A DNA stretch of 40,636 bases from Klebsormidium nitens (lineage: Eukaryota > Plantae > Klebsormidiophyceae), in contig DF237673.1 in NCBI GenBank assembly GCA_000708835.1, positions 1 through 40,636 on the forward strand. The letters are read 5' to 3'. The notes below the pieces were generated by a model that ran no database searches, was not told the origin of the DNA, and worked only from the letters and a program-made list of their open reading frames with translations. The first letter of the stretch is position 1; every line of letters starts with the position of its first letter. The translations under genes were made by a program, and so were the position numbers. Of this stretch, positions 36,297 through 40,636 are shown piece after piece.

Positions 36297-39165
36297 CTAC
36301 GTATCTCGAATCCCAGCTTGGAGGTCTATTACAACTACGCTTATGTTGTCTCCCGACCCTCGGGCCAAAGCTACCTTAGTAAGAACCGCAGCGGCGACGG
36401 CGGCTGGCCCCTGCTCATCTGAGGGGTCCGGCCCTGCGCGAATGGTGGGGGCAGCCCCGAGGCTAGTGGAGGATGGCCCGGACGACCGCCGCGGCCGTTG
36501 ACTGCCCCCACTGGGTGTGCTGTCCCCTGAAGCTGCGACTGACGCGGAGGTTGCGGCTGCCCCCGCCTCTGCTTTGGAAGTCGATGCCCCTTGGCTACTG
36601 CGCCGCCGGGACTTGAGGCAGCGGCGGGCAATGTCACAGGCCTCCCGGTTGTTCACGACATCCCACAAACCATCACTGCAAGGCCAACCGCAGAGATGAG
36701 CACTTTGTGAAGGTGCAATACTTAACAAGCACAGTTGAACACCTAATTCGACACATTCCGCAGGCTCACAGAACCAACAGACAAGCACTCTACAAAGCAA
36801 GAACAAATGGAATTCGTTGCTGGCATATGGCTGCTTGCGCAAACTCCTTGTCTACCCTTTCCTGCGCTCTCACCTGGCCAAAATGAGGCACTCGTCCTCT
36901 TTGCTCCGGTCTGTGCACATGATCTCGGGCTCTGAGATGACATATGGTTTCAAGTAACGATCGCCTGCAAGGAGCGCCAGCGAGAATGTAAGGACCCCCT
37001 CCACACAACCGGCCAATGGACGATCTTCATGCCCCAGCCACAGGAGTGTTGGAATGCAAGGGTACAGCTTTCACTGCTGCTCTCACCTATTGCTCGTGAC
37101 ATGGCAAGCACCCCCAGGACGCGATAGCCATTCCAAAAGATGACGCGACCCCCCGCTGCTTCCACGCGCGCCATCTCATCCTCTCGGTCGGGCTGCATAG
37201 CATGAGGCACATGCAACTTTAGAACCCACAGCTCACAGCTATTGCAGGCAAGGATAGCAACAAGCTTGGCAGCAAAGGGGATCCACCACATGTGTGGCAG
37301 ACCAGGGACTGAAACTGACTGCAGCTGGAGAAACTGTTAAAACCTCCTCTAGACTGGATTTCAGCTATAGGCAGCACCCTAGTGAGGTGGTCAAGGGGGT
37401 GACAGACTCACCTTGTGATCTGTGGACAGGGGCACTGCTTCCCCTCCTCGAGACAAGACCGCCCTGGAATCGCCGCAGTTTGCAACCACAATCCTCCCCC
37501 CCCCAATCAAAGCCGCCACTGCAGTGGTCCCCACTGTCTCTGCCGCGATTGGCTCTGAGCCATCGATGGCCATCCCCTCTGAGTTCGTCCTGGCCAGCCC
37601 TGACACTTCCGCATCCAAGCGGTTGAATGTGGCCGACAGGGCCTCCAGCATCGGCTTCTCGCTCGCACTGCCATCTATGGGCTTGGAGGAGCATCTCCTG
37701 ATCTCTTTCGCTAACGAATTGTGCAGCTTGTCTGCACAGTACGTGGCAACCTGCAGACAAACCCCCAGCCACTTCATCAAACCGGAGCAGAGGGGAGGTC
37801 AGTTCGACGAACCAGGGATCGTCAGGTTTGCCTTACTGCACTTCCATGCAACAACGTTACCCACAACCTGGACTTCTTTCAACAAGCTAATCACTCTTGC
37901 CATGGCTGCAATCACGATCTCCAACGAACACTCGGGGCCCTAAATGCAGATTACCAATGGGGCGGAGCCACATGTGCCCTGCCAGTGTTTCTTAAATCAT
38001 CAAGACTGCTGCTTGACGAGGTGCATTGGTCCCCTGCATGCATGCATGCACTCCCTGCCACCTTCTCCCACATCCTTGTCAACCTCAAGCTCGGGGGCTG
38101 CTCCAACTTGCTGCCAGAGAAGGGCAACCAGGGAAGTGCATGCATGCACCTACCAGGGTAGCCCATGACGCTGCCAAGATGGTGGTGCTGCTGTGAGAAC
38201 ACACTGCTCGTTAAGTGAAGCAGGGTATGTATGATGCTTGCCACAGCCATCGGCTGCAGTGCATGCTAGCAGCCCTCACAAAGACAGTCTAATCCGTGGC
38301 TCACCTGCGATCCCCCGTGGCCATCGTACACACCAAAAAAGTGCAGAGGAGCTTCCTCTGTCACTGCTCGGAGTGCAGGGATGGGTGGGAAGTGCACCAA
38401 GGAAGGAAACGCCGCAACTGCATCTTCCATCTCTCGCCTTCTGCCGCAGACTGAAACTAACCCATGCGGAGGGCAATCCAAATCCGCCATGGTATGCTCT
38501 CGGCCACTGGTGCTGGCGAAGCTGTCAGACTCAACACTGCTCTGAGCTATCCTGGCCCGGTCAACCCTTCTATCCAGCACCCTCTCGCTCGTGCCCTCCT
38601 CTATGACAGATACATTCTGCGTGGTCAGCGTGGTCGCGCTGTCGGACTCATTACTGAACTGAGAAGACTCCACTACCCCCGCCTTGAAAGCCTGGTCTGT
38701 TGTCACTGTTGCGCTGCACTCACGCTCCGCCGGCCCCTCCTCCCCTTCCGCCTCCTTGCTTCCCCGCATGCCTTTGTCTGCCCGCATGCTCTGTGCAGTC
38801 TCTCTACTCGTAGGAGACTCCCCCCTGGATACCTGATAGTCCGCACCTTCCTCTTTACTAGCACCTGGGACACTTGGAATGGCCAAAGACAAATTCAAGG
38901 GGTCTGTCAACGAGCTTTTCGTCCCACTGTCTGCTTCCCCTGCACTCATCTCCACCTCCGACGACACACTAGAACTCGTGCTTGTATCGGAATTGCTCGA
39001 TGACTTCCTGCGTCCGTCCGTTGCATCCTCGTTCTCCCCTTCCTGCGTTAGATTTGGGTTGGGTCCCCCTGGATACATCTTCCCGTGCGAGTACTTTGGC
39101 TTTTTGAACATCTGGCGGTGGGGAGCAGGGCCGAACCTTGCGGCGTCAAGGTCAGACGTCCGCAT
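36297..39165 (-). CDS. PP2C: Clade-A protein phosphatase 2C (ABI1/HAB1-like)
   Basis: Exons on the minus strand: 39165-38305, 37750-37412, 37192-37087, 36964-36874, 36675-36297, all phases consistent. Motifs [114 protein letters not shown]. An acceptor-like ...CATTCACAG lies 2 nt before the ATG, so an upstream exon is possible. Confidence 0.95.
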
Positions 39166-40363
39166 GGCTGTGAATGAGGGGAGGGACAGGGGAGGCCAGG
39201 AACGAGTGGATTGAAAAAGCCCTCGGAAGCATTCTCGCCAATCACAGCCCTATCCTCCTCAATTGGTCGTCCTTCCCGCTTCAGGTTGGAGAAGACAAAA
39301 CCAGAAGTTCTTTCAACAATATTTCCGTCCTGATCAACGCCGGAGGCAACCACGCCGTCATAGCCTCCTCAAGCTTCTCCGCTTAGACTTCTCTGCGGCC
39401 AGTGCCCATGCAGACCTGGCCTTCTCGGAGGGAGAGTTTGATGGAAGGATGACAGATTGCAGAACTGCAGAAACTGCAATGCGCGAATGAGTCAGACAAG
39501 TACCAGTAGGAACTGAACTCTGTTCTGACTGATCAGTCAGTCAGTCCCCAGTGGGTCGAAGCTGTTCACCCTTGCAAAGGGGTTGGCCTCCCTGGGCAAC
39601 GGCGGTTCCCAGCGGCGGTGTGAATTGGCGCCAGCTCTCCTGGAGCCGTACAGAAAGTGATGACGAGTCCACGGTGGACGCTAGTCACGTCATCTGGCCA
39701 CAATCATCGCCGCCAGGTGTCCCAGATTTACCCGTTCTAAAAACAGTTACCGCGCACCAAGTCCGCGTGGCAAAAGGTTGCATGGCTGAAGCAGGTTAGT
39801 TGGCTGCGAAGCTGTCGAACAAAATCTCCTCCTCTGAATGTAACGCTGTTTTTGAGTAATATCTGTTCGATGGACACATGTCGCCCAGGTGAGTCCGCGA
39901 CATCCAGATTTGGACAAATAATATCGACCACCTGGTCCGCGGTCTGGACCGTTCGATAGTCGAGGAACCGGAAACACGCTAGCCGTAGGATCCCCGTCAG
40001 CAGATGGACAGAGGTGAGATGGATGGAAAACTTGATCCTGGCTCTAGTTGCCTCAAAGCCTCCGGTATACCCCTGGCAGCGGCCAAGCGGCGGCCGTGGC
40101 GGCTGGCGCAGCGCGGCCGCGTGCCGGCTTGGTGCGGCCGGGCCCCGGCCTGTGACGCTATGACTAGCTTCAAATCAGACTTATATCTATGGCGCAAAAG
40201 CTTCTGGCAAAGCATTCTCCTTTCATTAGTGTTTCCGCTCCCTCACTGAAGTAGATGTAAAGCGTGACACTCAAACACTTAAAGTCGTCTTAGTCGTGAT
40301 TCTGACAATGCCGGGACTTAGTATTACCGTGTGACGATTGGGCTATGGTTAAGTCTAACCGTA

Positions 40364-40596
40364 GGCCCCGGAACGAGAATATTGGAATAGGAAGATCGGG
40401 TTTTTGGGGCTCCAGGAATTGGAATATCGGGATCTTTTGGCCTAGGAATCGGAATATTTGGTTTTGAGATTATTTTTTTCACGGAATATGGAATACTGCA
40501 AAATTAGTGCACGAATCCGGGTAATTTGAATTCCTAAATCTCAAAAATTTCTTGGAATCTGGAATATCCAAAGTCATATATTCTCGTTCCGGGGCC
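40364..40596. mobile_element. MITE-like element with 19-bp TIRs and internal GGAAT repeats
   Basis: GGCCCCGGAACGAGAATAT (40364-40382) and ATATTCTCGTTCCGGGGCC (40578-40596) are exact reverse complements. The interior is AT-rich with about nine GGAAT motifs, and TAACCG flanks both ends. Confidence 0.8.
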
Positions 40597-40636
40597 GATA
40601 ACCGCACAATCACACGGCAGTCAAACCTTCGGGTTT

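Noticed and set aside
38035-38150. TGCATGCATGCA runs resembling RY elements
   Set aside because: They lie in an intron, and TGCATG words are frequent throughout the window, so no regulatory role can be supported.
39048-39353. 101-aa minus-strand ORF upstream of the PP2C as an N-terminal extension
   Set aside because: It is in a different frame from the PP2C and crosses an acceptor-like site; an upstream exon could not be defined.
1-40636. CRISPR arrays, rRNA or tRNA genes, prokaryotic operons
   Set aside because: No spacer-separated repeat arrays or RNA-gene hallmarks were seen; the sequence is spliceosomal eukaryotic DNA.

Overview
Eukaryotic, intron-rich genomic DNA from a streptophyte. 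The RLK/Pelle kinase, clade-A PP2C and GC-rich exons suggest a charophyte alga such as Klebsormidium (inference). Four spliced genes were reconstructed by hand. (1) A ~18.3 kb plus-strand gene (2621-20951, ~22 exons, ~2,900 aa) encodes a giant cell-surface protein: signal-like segment, Pro/Thr/Ser stalk, NIDO domain, PKD domain, second Pro/Thr stalk crossing an assembly gap, Ig-like (Big-type) repeats, and an 8-9 TM module resembling Arabidopsis At3g48200 and fungal Pkd2/FLC (TRP-like) proteins. This architecture is the strongest novelty candidate. (2) A minus-strand receptor-like kinase (29353-22980) has two tandem SPARK-like Cys-rich ectodomains and one GC-AG intron. (3) A plus-strand BPI/LBP lipid-binding protein (30371-34485) lies head-to-head with the RLK. 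(4) A minus-strand clade-A (ABI1/HAB1-like) PP2C (39165-36297) keeps the ABA-lock Trp. The window also holds two MITE-like elements, coding tandem repeats, an antisense spliced fragment inside an intron, and an intronic block with mirror-inverted oligonucleotide bias. All domain calls come from remembered family motifs, not from database searches.
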